A DNA stretch of 64,000 nt from the IMG/VR virus record IMGVR_UViG_3300014205_000003, positions 32,001 through 96,000 of that record; one strand, 5' to 3'. Positions 1 to 8,970 of the stretch are shown one piece after another. Origin of the DNA: a virus. Lineage: Duplodnaviria; Caudoviricetes. Positions within the stretch are counted from its first letter, which is position 1; every line of letters begins with the position of its first letter. The notes below the pieces were generated by a model, which searched no databases, had not been told where the DNA came from, and saw only the letters and a program-made list of their open reading frames with translations. A program made the position numbers and the translations under genes.

Positions 1-1
1 G

Positions 2-295
2 AACATTCCTGTAGGAGCTTCGATCAATCTTATTAGGAACGATCCTATTCTCTTTCAGAGTTCTAGGAACAAGGTAAGTTCTTTGCTTACTAGCAGTGCG
101 TCTGGCACACATACAAGCAGTTTCAACTTGACTAATGCTGCTGTGAATGCTGGAGTGGACTTCGGAGCGGCTTATTTGTTTGGACAGGGTGTTGGAAAGA
201 TCTTGGCTATTCCTCAGCCAGTTGTGAATCGTGTAAGTATGGCTGGAGGACTTGCCGCTGCTGTAATCGGATCTGGAGTGCTTAAACAGCTATGA
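2..295 (+). CDS. Partial (5'-truncated) hypothetical protein with Gly-rich hydrophobic helices
   Basis: Frame is open from the window start; segments GVDFGAAYLFGQGVG and AGGLAAAVIGSG; stop overlaps next ATG (ATGA). Confidence 0.7.
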   Translation, partial: NIPVGASINLIRNDPILFQSSRNKVSSLLTSSASGTHTSSFNLTNAAVNAGVDFGAAYLFGQGVGKILAIPQPVVNRVSMAGGLAAAVIGSGVLKQL

Positions 296-840
296 GTATT
301 TTAGACGAATCTGTTAGGTCTAATATTCAGAACATCAAGAAGTTGTTGGCTGCTATAGAGCGCGAGACACCTTCGATGTCACATCTTGCTGCAGATAGAT
401 CGAGAGCTACTGGTTATAATCCTAGAGAGGTACTCAAGAAGATCTTTCCAGATTACGAAACTACATTAAGTAAGAACTCTAAGGATGTTTCCAATATGCC
501 CACTAAACAAGCTTCTAAAGCTTACTTCAACGGATACATGTTTAAGAACGCTGGTTGGGGCGAAGCTCTTGGCGGCATCTTGGACAAGGCCACTGGAAGT
601 GCCTTAGCTCTTGGACAGAACACAGCTCTATTGGCTCCTGCGGCTGCTGGCTTGCTTGGTGGAGCGGCTGTAAGTAAGTTGACTTCTCCTTCTGGTGAGG
701 CAACTGTTGCTCAGAAGGCTTTGATTGCAGCTGAGTTGGAAGAAGCTGTTGCAGAGATGAAGCGTCAGCGTAAAATTGAAACCATTAAAGAGGTCATGCG
801 AGATGGACAAGGATACAAAGGTAGAAGTCTCCACATCTAA
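292..840 (+). CDS. Hypothetical putative virion protein (internal AYFNGYMFKNA motif, glycine-zipper helix)
   Basis: ORF track; translational coupling; motif shared with neighbouring genes. Confidence 0.75.
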   Translation: MSILDESVRSNIQNIKKLLAAIERETPSMSHLAADRSRATGYNPREVLKKIFPDYETTLSKNSKDVSNMPTKQASKAYFNGYMFKNAGWGEALGGILDKATGSALALGQNTALLAPAAAGLLGGAAVSKLTSPSGEATVAQKALIAAELEEAVAEMKRQRKIETIKEVMRDGQGYKGRSLHI

Positions 841-1147
841 GGAACCTAAAGAACCTTCGTGGCAAGGATTGCCTTTCAGAGGACAGATTCCTCACATTAA
901 GAAGGACGATCCTGAGCACATGCTTCCAGTAAAAGACTGGGACATCTTTGTTGAGATCTTCGACATAACTAATGCTGAACAGAAGGCTAAGTACATTGAG
1001 GTCTGCAACAAAGCTGTTAAAGGACAAGCTCAGTGTTTTATTGAGAAGTACTTGGATGTGAAGGACACGGTTAAGATCTATCTGAAGTGGGGAGAACCCT
1101 ACTACAGGAATCGTACTAAGACAGAGAAGTCGAGGATGCTATCCTGA
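803..1147 (+). CDS. Hypothetical protein
   Basis: ORF 776..1147 with likely ATG at 803; stop overlaps next start. Confidence 0.65.
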   Translation: MDKDTKVEVSTSKEPKEPSWQGLPFRGQIPHIKKDDPEHMLPVKDWDIFVEIFDITNAEQKAKYIEVCNKAVKGQAQCFIEKYLDVKDTVKIYLKWGEPYYRNRTKTEKSRMLS

Positions 1148-2019
1148 TGTCTAAAGACTCAAAGACACGCAATGAACAACTTGCTGTAGCTGCACGACAC
1201 GCTGCAGGTATCGGAGCAGGTTGGTTTACTCTTACTCTCCTTGCTCGTCAGCTGATGGATGCTGCGGGTAAGGCAGAGTCAGACGACTACAACAAAACCC
1301 TCAAGAGCCTTGTCAATGCTCGTCGTCCTACCTTCTCTCCTGACTTGAAACTCAACGATCAAGCCAAAGAAGATGCTATGGCGAACTTAGGCTCTACTGA
1401 AGAGACGTCTAAGGACATCAGTGCTCTGTTGAGCAAACGTGCTTCCGATGACAATGAGAAGGACTCTGGGATTGGTCGTAAGATTATGGACAAGTTCATC
1501 AATCCAGTTCCAGTAGGTCCTGGACCAGTTACTCCCGGAAGTGTTGCAGGAGCCTTTGGTAATACTGGAATACATCCTTTGCACATTGCCTTGACACTTG
1601 CCGCAGGTATTGCTGGTACAGCAGGTGGAATGGCACTCAGCAAGAAGCTGTCAAACAAGTCTAAAGAACGTGAACTGGACGAACGGATTCGCGTCAGTAA
1701 GCAAGAGATGGATCAATTGATTGCTGAAGAGTATCGTCGTACTCGCGGATTGGACAAGACTGCTAAGGACAATGACACGTTTCTTGAGAAGGGTTTGAGT
1801 GGAGCTACAAAGCTCTATCTGCTGTATGCGGCTGGAGTAGCCGCTTTGAGCTATGGCATCAGCAAGAAATATCTTGACGAGAACGATCCTAACAGGGCTC
1901 GCTTGAGTGCCTTGAAAGACTTAGCTAAGGATCGTGCTCGCATGAGTGGTGCTCCGCAGATCATGGTAGATCCTACAGATCCTACTTATAGTAAGCTTTC
2001 ACAACCAGCACAGGGATAA
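1147..2019 (+). CDS. Hypothetical protein with three Gly/Ala-rich hydrophobic segments
   Basis: ORF track; AAGIGAGWFTLTLL, ALTLAAGIAGTAGG, LYLLYAAGVAALSYG; KRA and KTA motifs. Confidence 0.8.
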   Translation: MSKDSKTRNEQLAVAARHAAGIGAGWFTLTLLARQLMDAAGKAESDDYNKTLKSLVNARRPTFSPDLKLNDQAKEDAMANLGSTEETSKDISALLSKRASDDNEKDSGIGRKIMDKFINPVPVGPGPVTPGSVAGAFGNTGIHPLHIALTLAAGIAGTAGGMALSKKLSNKSKERELDERIRVSKQEMDQLIAEEYRRTRGLDKTAKDNDTFLEKGLSGATKLYLLYAAGVAALSYGISKKYLDENDPNRARLSALKDLAKDRARMSGAPQIMVDPTDPTYSKLSQPAQG

Positions 2020-2024
2020 TTAAC

Positions 2025-2339
2025 ATGTCTAACGTAAAATTGCAGGCCTTTTACACAGGATATATGGAGAAACGTGCAGAGTTTCCTCCAGAAGCAAATG
2101 ACATTACTGGTGGGAAGATTAACCAGCTCCCAGAAGTGAAGAAAGCTACTTTAGAAGTTGTTAAGCCTGTTGCGGCGAAAGCACCCGCAACCTTTGTTGA
2201 TCCTGCTCCTAAGATGTCAGCAAATGCTCAACAGGTAGCTAACGAGACTATGCAGGATGCTGAGCGTATCAAAAAGAAACAAGCAACAGTTCCTGCACAG
2301 ACAGTAAAACGTGTGTCTTCGACTCCTAAGGACAAGTAA
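2025..2339 (+). CDS. Hypothetical protein with N-terminal AFxxGYxxKxA motif
   Basis: MSNVKLQAFYTGYMEKRA. Confidence 0.8.
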   Translation: MSNVKLQAFYTGYMEKRAEFPPEANDITGGKINQLPEVKKATLEVVKPVAAKAPATFVDPAPKMSANAQQVANETMQDAERIKKKQATVPAQTVKRVSSTPKDK

Positions 2340-2340
2340 C

Positions 2341-2898
2341 ATGGCTACCTTGGCAATTCAAGCATTCTTCGAAGGTTACATGACCAAGCAAGCTTCTCCA
2401 CTTGAGGGAGATGCTCCTACAGCTGGGACTGGCGGTGCTGGTCCTTCTCAGGAAGCTACTGGAGCTCTTGGAAGTGCTGTCGGCCAACCTGCAGGTGCTC
2501 AGCCTACGGCAGATGCTCAGCAAGGCCCTTCGAATGTTGCTCCTGATGCTTCTGCTGGAGCGGCTCCTGAGCAGGCTTCTGTGGGTGTTCAAGAGGCCCC
2601 TGCAGCCTTCAACAGTCCTATGCAGAAAGAGATGGCAGAGCGCGAGAAGAATAAGAAGAAGAATGCGGAAGCTGTTGCCAAGACTACTGAGAAAGTCCGT
2701 GGTGACATTCAGAAGCATGAGCAGAAGGCTCAAGAAGCTGTTCAGGAAGTTAAGGTTTCTCAGGTTAAAGGTAATTCTGAGATTCAGAAGGCTAACGCTG
2801 TTGCTCAAGTGTCCGCTCAGCAAGACAACCAGCTTGCAAAACAGCTTCAGCAGATGATGCCGAGAGCTATGCAACAGCAACCTCAGCAAGTCGCGTAA
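2341..2898 (+). CDS. Low-complexity A/Q/P-rich protein with N-terminal motif
   Basis: ATG at 2341: MATLAIQAFFEGYMTKQA. Confidence 0.8.
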   Translation: MATLAIQAFFEGYMTKQASPLEGDAPTAGTGGAGPSQEATGALGSAVGQPAGAQPTADAQQGPSNVAPDASAGAAPEQASVGVQEAPAAFNSPMQKEMAEREKNKKKNAEAVAKTTEKVRGDIQKHEQKAQEAVQEVKVSQVKGNSEIQKANAVAQVSAQQDNQLAKQLQQMMPRAMQQQPQQVA

Positions 2899-2913
2899 TA
2901 AGGAACACATAAG

Positions 2914-3144
2914 ATGAATATCCAACTACAAGCCTTTTATGCCGGATACATGAATAAGGATGCCAACTCAACTACAGAGAGTCCTACTGTGGATACTCCT
3001 GTAGCCAAGGTTGATCCTGTAGATCCTTCTGCAGAAAAGGGAATGGCAATCTCTACTAATTCTACTCCTACAGGGTTTGGTAAGGTGTTGAAGCAGAACA
3101 AGTCGATTTCTGTTCCTGAGAACAAGACTTCTGGAAACACCTAA
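2914..3144 (+). CDS. Small protein with N-terminal motif
   Basis: MNIQLQAFYAGYMNKDA; AAGGA RBS. Confidence 0.8.
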   Translation: MNIQLQAFYAGYMNKDANSTTESPTVDTPVAKVDPVDPSAEKGMAISTNSTPTGFGKVLKQNKSISVPENKTSGNT

Positions 3145-3353
3145 TGGATAAGCTGGCAGCATTCTTTGCAGGATACATGCACAAGTGTGCGGCTCTTCCA
3201 GCTGTGTTGCCGCCTTCTCCAATAACTGCTGATCCTGCGACAACCTACAAGACTCCTAGGACTAAGGGAACTCCTCAGCCAGGACAAGTTGTACAGAACA
3301 GTCCACTTCCTACGACTCCTTCAAATGTTATTCAGGAAGGTCCTTCGAAATGA
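3144..3353 (+). CDS. Small Pro-rich protein with N-terminal motif
   Basis: MDKLAAFFAGYMHKCA; coupled start/stop. Confidence 0.75.
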   Translation: MDKLAAFFAGYMHKCAALPAVLPPSPITADPATTYKTPRTKGTPQPGQVVQNSPLPTTPSNVIQEGPSK

Positions 3354-4327
3354 CAAAGCTTCAGACTCTTATTTATCTTCAAGGCTACCTGAGCAAGGAA
3401 GCTTTCGACTTCAATCCTTTTGGCGATCGCAAGGGGCGTGCACAAGATGCTAAGGCAAATGCTCGTACTGCTAAGATCAATGCAGCTGAAGCTAAGTCGA
3501 ATCGTCAGAGCTACTTGACTGCTAATGATCTAGGGCTTCAAGATGCTTTAGCTAATCGTGCAACAAATAAAGGTGTGTATGGTCAGATGACTGCAGCGGC
3601 AAATGCTAAAGCTGCTCAGACGCCTGCACCGACTCCTGCTGCTTCTCCAGAGCCTATGCAAGATCCTGCGATTACTCGAGCACAGCAAGTAGCTGCCGCT
3701 AAGAAGATGTCTCCCTATATGCGCGGAAGCACAATGCCTCGGGCTCAACAGCTTAATCAAGCTGCTCCAACTGTTGCACAAGCAACTCCTACAGCTACTC
3801 CTAAGACTGTTGTTGATCCTAATCCGATGAATACAGGAAATGTAGGCGAGAAGCAACGCACAGCACTTTTACAAGAAGAACAACCAAACATGAATCGGTT
3901 AGCTATTCAAACAAAAGCACCTGCAATGCCTCAGTATCCTAGGAAAAATGTTGTTCCTACCTCGCCTAGACCTACGAGAGCTCAAGCGGCGGCACTGAAG
4001 GGTGAGGTAGCTAGTATTAAAGCAGCGCAGACAGCCCAAACACAACAACCTGCAGCAACTCCTTCGTTTAGACCTGTTGCAGCTGTTCCCCAAGGACGTG
4101 CGGCGTATACAGCAAGTAACAAAGATGATATGGGTCAAATTAGAGCAGGTACTGCTACAATGAATCCCGAATGGCTAAAAAGACCGTCTGGGGATTTTTC
4201 AAATAGTCAAAAGCGTCGAGATCTGATTAGAAATCAGCTGGTTGCTTTGCAAAGAGGGAAACGGACTCCAGATATTAACCAAGTTGCAAAAAATACGGGT
4301 GTTAACCTGCTTCTTCCGGCACTATAA
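3350..4327 (+). CDS. A/Q/P/T-rich protein with variant N-terminal motif
   Basis: MTKLQTLIYLQGYLSKEA; coupled start/stop. Confidence 0.8.
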   Translation: MTKLQTLIYLQGYLSKEAFDFNPFGDRKGRAQDAKANARTAKINAAEAKSNRQSYLTANDLGLQDALANRATNKGVYGQMTAAANAKAAQTPAPTPAASPEPMQDPAITRAQQVAAAKKMSPYMRGSTMPRAQQLNQAAPTVAQATPTATPKTVVDPNPMNTGNVGEKQRTALLQEEQPNMNRLAIQTKAPAMPQYPRKNVVPTSPRPTRAQAAALKGEVASIKAAQTAQTQQPAATPSFRPVAAVPQGRAAYTASNKDDMGQIRAGTATMNPEWLKRPSGDFSNSQKRRDLIRNQLVALQRGKRTPDINQVAKNTGVNLLLPAL

Positions 4328-5271
4328 TGACATCTCTCTCACATCTCCTAGAGAAAGACGCAGCTCCTGTTGCGGGTCGAGGTCCATTGAAGACCGTCCT
4401 GCGACAAGCTGTTGATCATCCAGACAATCACGCTGTCTCTGAAGACCAGTTGATTGACCTGCATGACTATCCACGCCATCGCCAAGACATCTTCGACAAA
4501 ACCCTCAAAGGTGTCGAAGCCGCCTTCCCAAAAGCCAATACTAAACATACGTTGACAGTAACTGATCTGCACTACGATGGTCCTGATCACTACTCCAAAG
4601 AAGACTACAAGAACGCGATTCTTGAACGACGTTCGATGACTCGCAAGCTTGTAGGAAAGTACGTCCTTACAGACAACGCAACAGGTAAAGTGATTTCGAC
4701 TAGTGGTCGTAAAACCATAATGAACGTTCCTTACTTGACAGATCAAGGGACGTTTTTGCGTAACGGCACAGAATCTGTGATACCTAGGCAGCTTAGGCTT
4801 CAACCAGGAGTCTATACGCATATGACTTCTGATGGATATCCAGAAGCACAGTTCAACGTAAAGCCCGGAACGGGAAGTGGCTTTCGTACTTATCTAGATC
4901 CTGAGACGTCTGTCTTCTATATGACTACACGCGGACGCAAAATTCCCCTTTATCCCCTGATGCAAGCCCTAGGAGTCGATGACAGATCTTTGCAGGCTAC
5001 TTGGGGAGATGAGATCTTCAAGGCCAATCAGGAGATGCGTACGAGTTCTCATGCTGCTCGCTGGCTGAACGAAATGAATACTAAGCTTGCTCCGAAGGTT
5101 GTAGATGTTCCTGAAGTGGAAGAACAGGATGTGAATCCTGGCGACGAAGAACTGCCTACTTCCAATTATCAGGAGACACCTGACGATGAACTCACAGATC
5201 TTACAGTTGGAGAAGCTGATCGATTACCTTCTACCGTTTCTGGAGATCAAGGAATCCTCGAACAACCCTAA
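4327..5271 (+). CDS. rpoB: DNA-directed RNA polymerase beta subunit, N-terminal piece
   Basis: [30 protein letters not shown] matches RpoB [43 protein letters not shown]; acidic C-terminal tail. Confidence 0.9.
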   Translation: [314 protein letters not shown]

Positions 5272-5587
5272 AGCTGTTGGAGACAACGGCAAGGCTCGAG
5301 GAATCCTTCAGATACATCAGATCTTTGTTGACGACGTCAATCGAATATATGAAAGCAACTTCACTTGGGATGACTGCTGGAGCAAGAGTCTCTCCGAGCA
5401 AATAGTTAAGCTGTATCTTGTCCATTATGGTCAACGCTATATGGACAAGGAGAAGCAAGACTTAACGATCGACGTACTCGCTAGACTACATCAGGGTGGA
5501 CCAGATGGATATAAGCACACTTCTACAGTTCCTTACTGGCACGCAGTCAATCAAATCATTCGACATTCAGAAATAACGAACATGTAA
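5186..5587 (+). CDS. Lysozyme-like (destabilase/lytic transglycosylase-like) protein
   Basis: KESSNNPKAVGDNGKARGILQIH and ARLHQGGP..GY...YW, typical lysozyme-fold motifs. Confidence 0.7.
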   Translation: MNSQILQLEKLIDYLLPFLEIKESSNNPKAVGDNGKARGILQIHQIFVDDVNRIYESNFTWDDCWSKSLSEQIVKLYLVHYGQRYMDKEKQDLTIDVLARLHQGGPDGYKHTSTVPYWHAVNQIIRHSEITNM

Positions 5588-5608
5588 AAGTGCACATCTG
5601 TGCGTTTT
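5586..5608. repeat. Dispersed palindrome YGCACA-NN-TGTGCR
   Basis: aaaagtgcacatctgtgcgtttt; one of 9 copies found. Confidence 0.85.
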
Positions 5609-5799
5609 CTGGAGGATGCGTGTCACAGCTCTGGCAGAAAGCTCAAGTATACGAAGCACATGCTCATGGTGACGCAGAGATCGCAAGAATTATAGTGATT
5701 AATCGACAGTACGGTTTAGAGACGTTCAGTTGGGAAGTTTTGTTGAAGAGATATCAAGAGAGTCTTGTCACCTTGTTGCAGGGGCAGTGTAAGAACTAA
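5590..5799 (+). pseudogene. Possible remnant of a glycosyltransferase C-terminus
   Basis: RQYGLETFSWEVLLKRYQE resembles a GT4 C-terminal helix; no convincing start. Confidence 0.25.
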
Positions 5800-7055
5800 T
5801 GAGCATTTGTACGAATCTCTTGCAGGATGTAAATGCAGGATATCAAGTTGCAAGAAATATGGATAGACTGTATCCTTGTGTAGATCCTATTCAGCGTCTA
5901 CAGGAAATGCATCCTGTCATTGTAGACTACGGAAGTAACTTTGGGGCTTTCTCTCTTACACTCGCTCAGATGTTTCCTAACGCTACAGTCTTCTCTATTG
6001 AGAGTGGGGAGATGCAGTATAATCCTGATCCGAGGTTTATAACCTCTAAGGGAGTAAGCTATCAAACGCAGAAAAAGGCTGAAAGAGGTTTAACCAACTT
6101 AGAGATCGGCCAGACTCACCTTACTTGTGACTTCTTCGAGCGTATGCGCAGATCCAACTGTCATGTAAGTGTTCATTTGATGATGAGCTTCATTCACTGG
6201 TTGGATGTGAAGAACTACACCGACTTCAGAAACCTGATTGAGAATCTCGTCCTTACATCTAGGGTTGTAATCTTGGAGTTGCCCTGTAAGAATGTGGATC
6301 AGTACAATCGAGCTGTAATCGACAACTGGTATGAAGGCGTAGAGACACCTGCGGAACTTCTCAAGAAGGTAAACAGAGATACAAAGCTAAACTTCAAGTT
6401 GATTCAAGTACGTCTGGCTGCGGCCTGCAGTCGTCCAATCTTTGTACTAGAAAACACACAAGCAGTTGTCTGCGGACGTTCTCCAGAAGGCTTGAAGTAT
6501 ATACTCACAGAGCAGGACAAGAAAGAGCCTTTAAACGAGTTGAGAAGACTGCCTTGGACAAAGACAAGTGTCAGTACAGTTGCTACAGATATACTAGAAG
6601 CCTCGTTCAATGGTAAGCCGGTTATCTGTAAGACGTTTAGAGATGTGCTGACTTGGCCCGATGGTGGACCTGTGGAGGAATCTACTGCAGTACGTCTGGA
6701 TGTACTTAGACATTTGAAAGGTGTTGCAGGTGTTCCTGAGTATCTTGCCTATGACTCTTACACAAAGCGGTTGTATACGAGTCATTGTGGTTGCAGGTTA
6801 ACTAAAGCGAATCTGCCTGCTGACTGGAAAGTACAACTTACAGATTTGTACAGTAGTTTGTGGAATTGTGGGGTTCTGATAAACGACTTCAAGTTAGAGA
6901 ATCTAACGGTTAGGGATAAAAGATTGTCCTTGGTAGACTTTGGGGCTGACGCTTTGATAGGGATACATTGCAGGACATCTACATATTTGCAGTATCGAGA
7001 GAGTGAAACTGCGGAGAATAGTATTGGGTGTTTGATTCGAGTCTTGTCCTTGTAG
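5799..7055 (+). CDS. SAM-dependent methyltransferase fused to a kinase-like domain (WbdD-like architecture)
   Basis: IVDYGSNFGAFS SAM motif I; VICK, NDFKLENL and LVDFG kinase motifs. Confidence 0.7.
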   Translation: MSICTNLLQDVNAGYQVARNMDRLYPCVDPIQRLQEMHPVIVDYGSNFGAFSLTLAQMFPNATVFSIESGEMQYNPDPRFITSKGVSYQTQKKAERGLTNLEIGQTHLTCDFFERMRRSNCHVSVHLMMSFIHWLDVKNYTDFRNLIENLVLTSRVVILELPCKNVDQYNRAVIDNWYEGVETPAELLKKVNRDTKLNFKLIQVRLAAACSRPIFVLENTQAVVCGRSPEGLKYILTEQDKKEPLNELRRLPWTKTSVSTVATDILEASFNGKPVICKTFRDVLTWPDGGPVEESTAVRLDVLRHLKGVAGVPEYLAYDSYTKRLYTSHCGCRLTKANLPADWKVQLTDLYSSLWNCGVLINDFKLENLTVRDKRLSLVDFGADALIGIHCRTSTYLQYRESETAENSIGCLIRVLSL

Positions 7056-7075
7056 TAGATGCGGTAAATTAGTAG

Positions 7076-7096
7076 AAGTGCACAGATGTGCGTTTT
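7076..7096. repeat. Dispersed palindrome copy
   Basis: aagtgcacagatgtgcgtttt. Confidence 0.85.
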
Positions 7097-7117
7097 CTCC
7101 TTTGAAAGGATATACAG

Positions 7118-7375
7118 ATGAGTCAACTTCAATTGCAGGCTTTCTACTGTGGCTATATGGACAAGAAGGCGGCTGATCCTGCTAATCAGCAAGTGCTGGC
7201 AACCAAGCTGCAAGAGGAACAGACGAAACCTAAAGCAGGTATGTGGGGCCAGTTGCCGAGTGTTGTTGGACAGAAAATCAAAGATATAACCCTAGGCAAA
7301 CAGACTACTCCTAGTCTTAATCAGCAGATTGCTCCAGTTAAGAACACTCAGAAAGACTTGATGTCGTCCCTGTAA
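7118..7375 (+). CDS. Small protein with N-terminal motif
   Basis: MSQLQLQAFYCGYMDKKA; AAAGGA RBS. Confidence 0.8.
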   Translation: MSQLQLQAFYCGYMDKKAADPANQQVLATKLQEEQTKPKAGMWGQLPSVVGQKIKDITLGKQTTPSLNQQIAPVKNTQKDLMSSL

Positions 7376-7382
7376 CCTTAAT

Positions 7383-7455
7383 GCACTACTGGTGTTCAAT
7401 GGTAGCACATGACCCTTCCAAGGTTATGGAATCAGTTCGAATCTGATGTAGTGCT
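7383..7455 (+). tRNA. tRNA-Gly (TCC)
   Basis: Acceptor stem gcactac/gtagtgc, D-arm gtgttcaatggtagcac, anticodon arm tgacc-cttccaa-ggtta, T-loop ttcgaat; U discriminator; CCA not directly adjacent. Confidence 0.9.
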
Positions 7456-7519
7456 CTCCACTTAACTCTTATGTCAAAAGAAGATACAAGTCACAAAGCA
7501 GATCAGACGGAGGTGTCGG

Positions 7520-7804
7520 ATGATTCCGAGCCCCCTCTCAACTCTAGTTCTCTATGGACTGTATTTACTTGTTGGTGCGAGCGAGTGGTCGCTCTGTGTC
7601 GTTCGTACAAGGGCAATAGCCTTGAATCATGTGCGGACAGCGGTTGTTATTGTCTTTATCGAAAACGCGCTTTCGCTTTGGGTACTCTCGAACTTTGTAA
7701 GAAGTAATGACTTTGGTCTAGCGTTTGCTTATTGCTTAGGTGGTTCAATCGGGGCGTATACAGTTTGTAAGAGTTCTGCGGGGAATAAGACAAATGACAA
7801 ATAA
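7520..7804 (+). CDS. Small membrane protein, DUF2179/DUF5698-like
   Basis: Three hydrophobic helices; VVRT, FIEN and AYCLGGSIGAY pattern. Confidence 0.6.
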   Translation: MIPSPLSTLVLYGLYLLVGASEWSLCVVRTRAIALNHVRTAVVIVFIENALSLWVLSNFVRSNDFGLAFAYCLGGSIGAYTVCKSSAGNKTNDK

Positions 7805-8366
7805 TCAACTGAACGCTTTCTTCACTGGCTACTTGCAGAAGTCTGATACAGACACTATGCAGAAGACTGCCAACAGTGTAGATATGCCTATTGGAGAGTT
7901 CTCCAAGATTCAACCTTGGGATCTGTACAAGCGCTTAGGCATTGCAGACAATACTGGACACGCTCCTCGAATAGAAGCTATCATTGCCAGTCGCAGAGAA
8001 CAAGGACAGCGGCTCAATGGAGATACCGCTAAGGCCTTTGAGTGTACTAAGCTCGCCAATGACTCTACAGATGCACGCAAGTATAGAGACTTCGTCGACA
8101 ACGACGGCAAGTACAACAAGTCAAAAGACACTGATGTAGATAACGAAAAAGCAGAGCTTGCTGCTGGACGTAAGGTAGAGAAGGAACATACGAGTAATCC
8201 TGAGATTGCTACTCGCATAGCGAAGGATCATCTCGTTGAATCCAAGGAAAGTCCTCTAGGATACTACAAGGGCTTGAGCATGCTGGAACGATTCATGGAC
8301 AAGCTCAAGCAGAAAGCACGTCCAACAGAAGCCATCAAAGAGTTCGATGAGGTTACTAAGAAATGA
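7794..8366 (+). CDS. Protein with N-terminal motif and DUF5661-like domain
   Basis: MTNNQLNAFFTGYLQKS; ELAAGRKVEKEHT..IAKDHL.E...YY.GL. Confidence 0.7.
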   Translation: MTNNQLNAFFTGYLQKSDTDTMQKTANSVDMPIGEFSKIQPWDLYKRLGIADNTGHAPRIEAIIASRREQGQRLNGDTAKAFECTKLANDSTDARKYRDFVDNDGKYNKSKDTDVDNEKAELAAGRKVEKEHTSNPEIATRIAKDHLVESKESPLGYYKGLSMLERFMDKLKQKARPTEAIKEFDEVTKK

Positions 8367-8944
8367 CTAGAGCTCAGCAGACAGCTTTCATGCATGGTTA
8401 TCTGGAGAAGTCTGGGAGCATTGTACAGAACGGTATTCGTTTCTTTAGTCGTGCAGGATTAGGTACATCTACACTTAAACCTAGTCAGTTTGAGTTCATA
8501 GAAAGATCCAAAAGCTGGAATCCTGTTAATAGGATGTTTCTAAAGGCTCTTAAAATGGCGGGTGGAGAAAAAGCTTTAGCAAAAATACGTGATGCATCTA
8601 TGCTTGAGGATATACAACCCGGAACAGGTCTTGCAGGAGTCGCGGCGACAGGCGGAAAAGTTGTTGCGTTGGCAGATGCAAAAGCTTTCACGCCAATGCA
8701 ACGACGATCTGTTATAGCACACGAGGCATTTCACGCCAACAATCCGCAGATAGGTAAATATGAGTTACTAGCTCGTCTGTATGGAGGGTATAAATCCCAG
8801 AAGAGTAGCAGTCTGTTCTCCAGACTGAAAGCAAGTGCAGACGAAGGGAGAGATTATATATCTTCCTTCAAGAATCCAGAGTTTGCAAAGCATTATCCTA
8901 AATCTCCTTTTCAGAACGAGACGGTTAGACGTCTTTTTGTGTAA
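8363..8944 (+). CDS. Protein with N-terminal motif and HExxH zinc-metalloprotease-like motif
   Basis: MTRAQQTAFMHGYLEKSG; VIAHEAFHA followed by E. Confidence 0.65.
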   Translation: MTRAQQTAFMHGYLEKSGSIVQNGIRFFSRAGLGTSTLKPSQFEFIERSKSWNPVNRMFLKALKMAGGEKALAKIRDASMLEDIQPGTGLAGVAATGGKVVALADAKAFTPMQRRSVIAHEAFHANNPQIGKYELLARLYGGYKSQKSSSLFSRLKASADEGRDYISSFKNPEFAKHYPKSPFQNETVRRLFV

Positions 8945-8970
8945 CACTAGAGACCTTATAGGACACCCTT

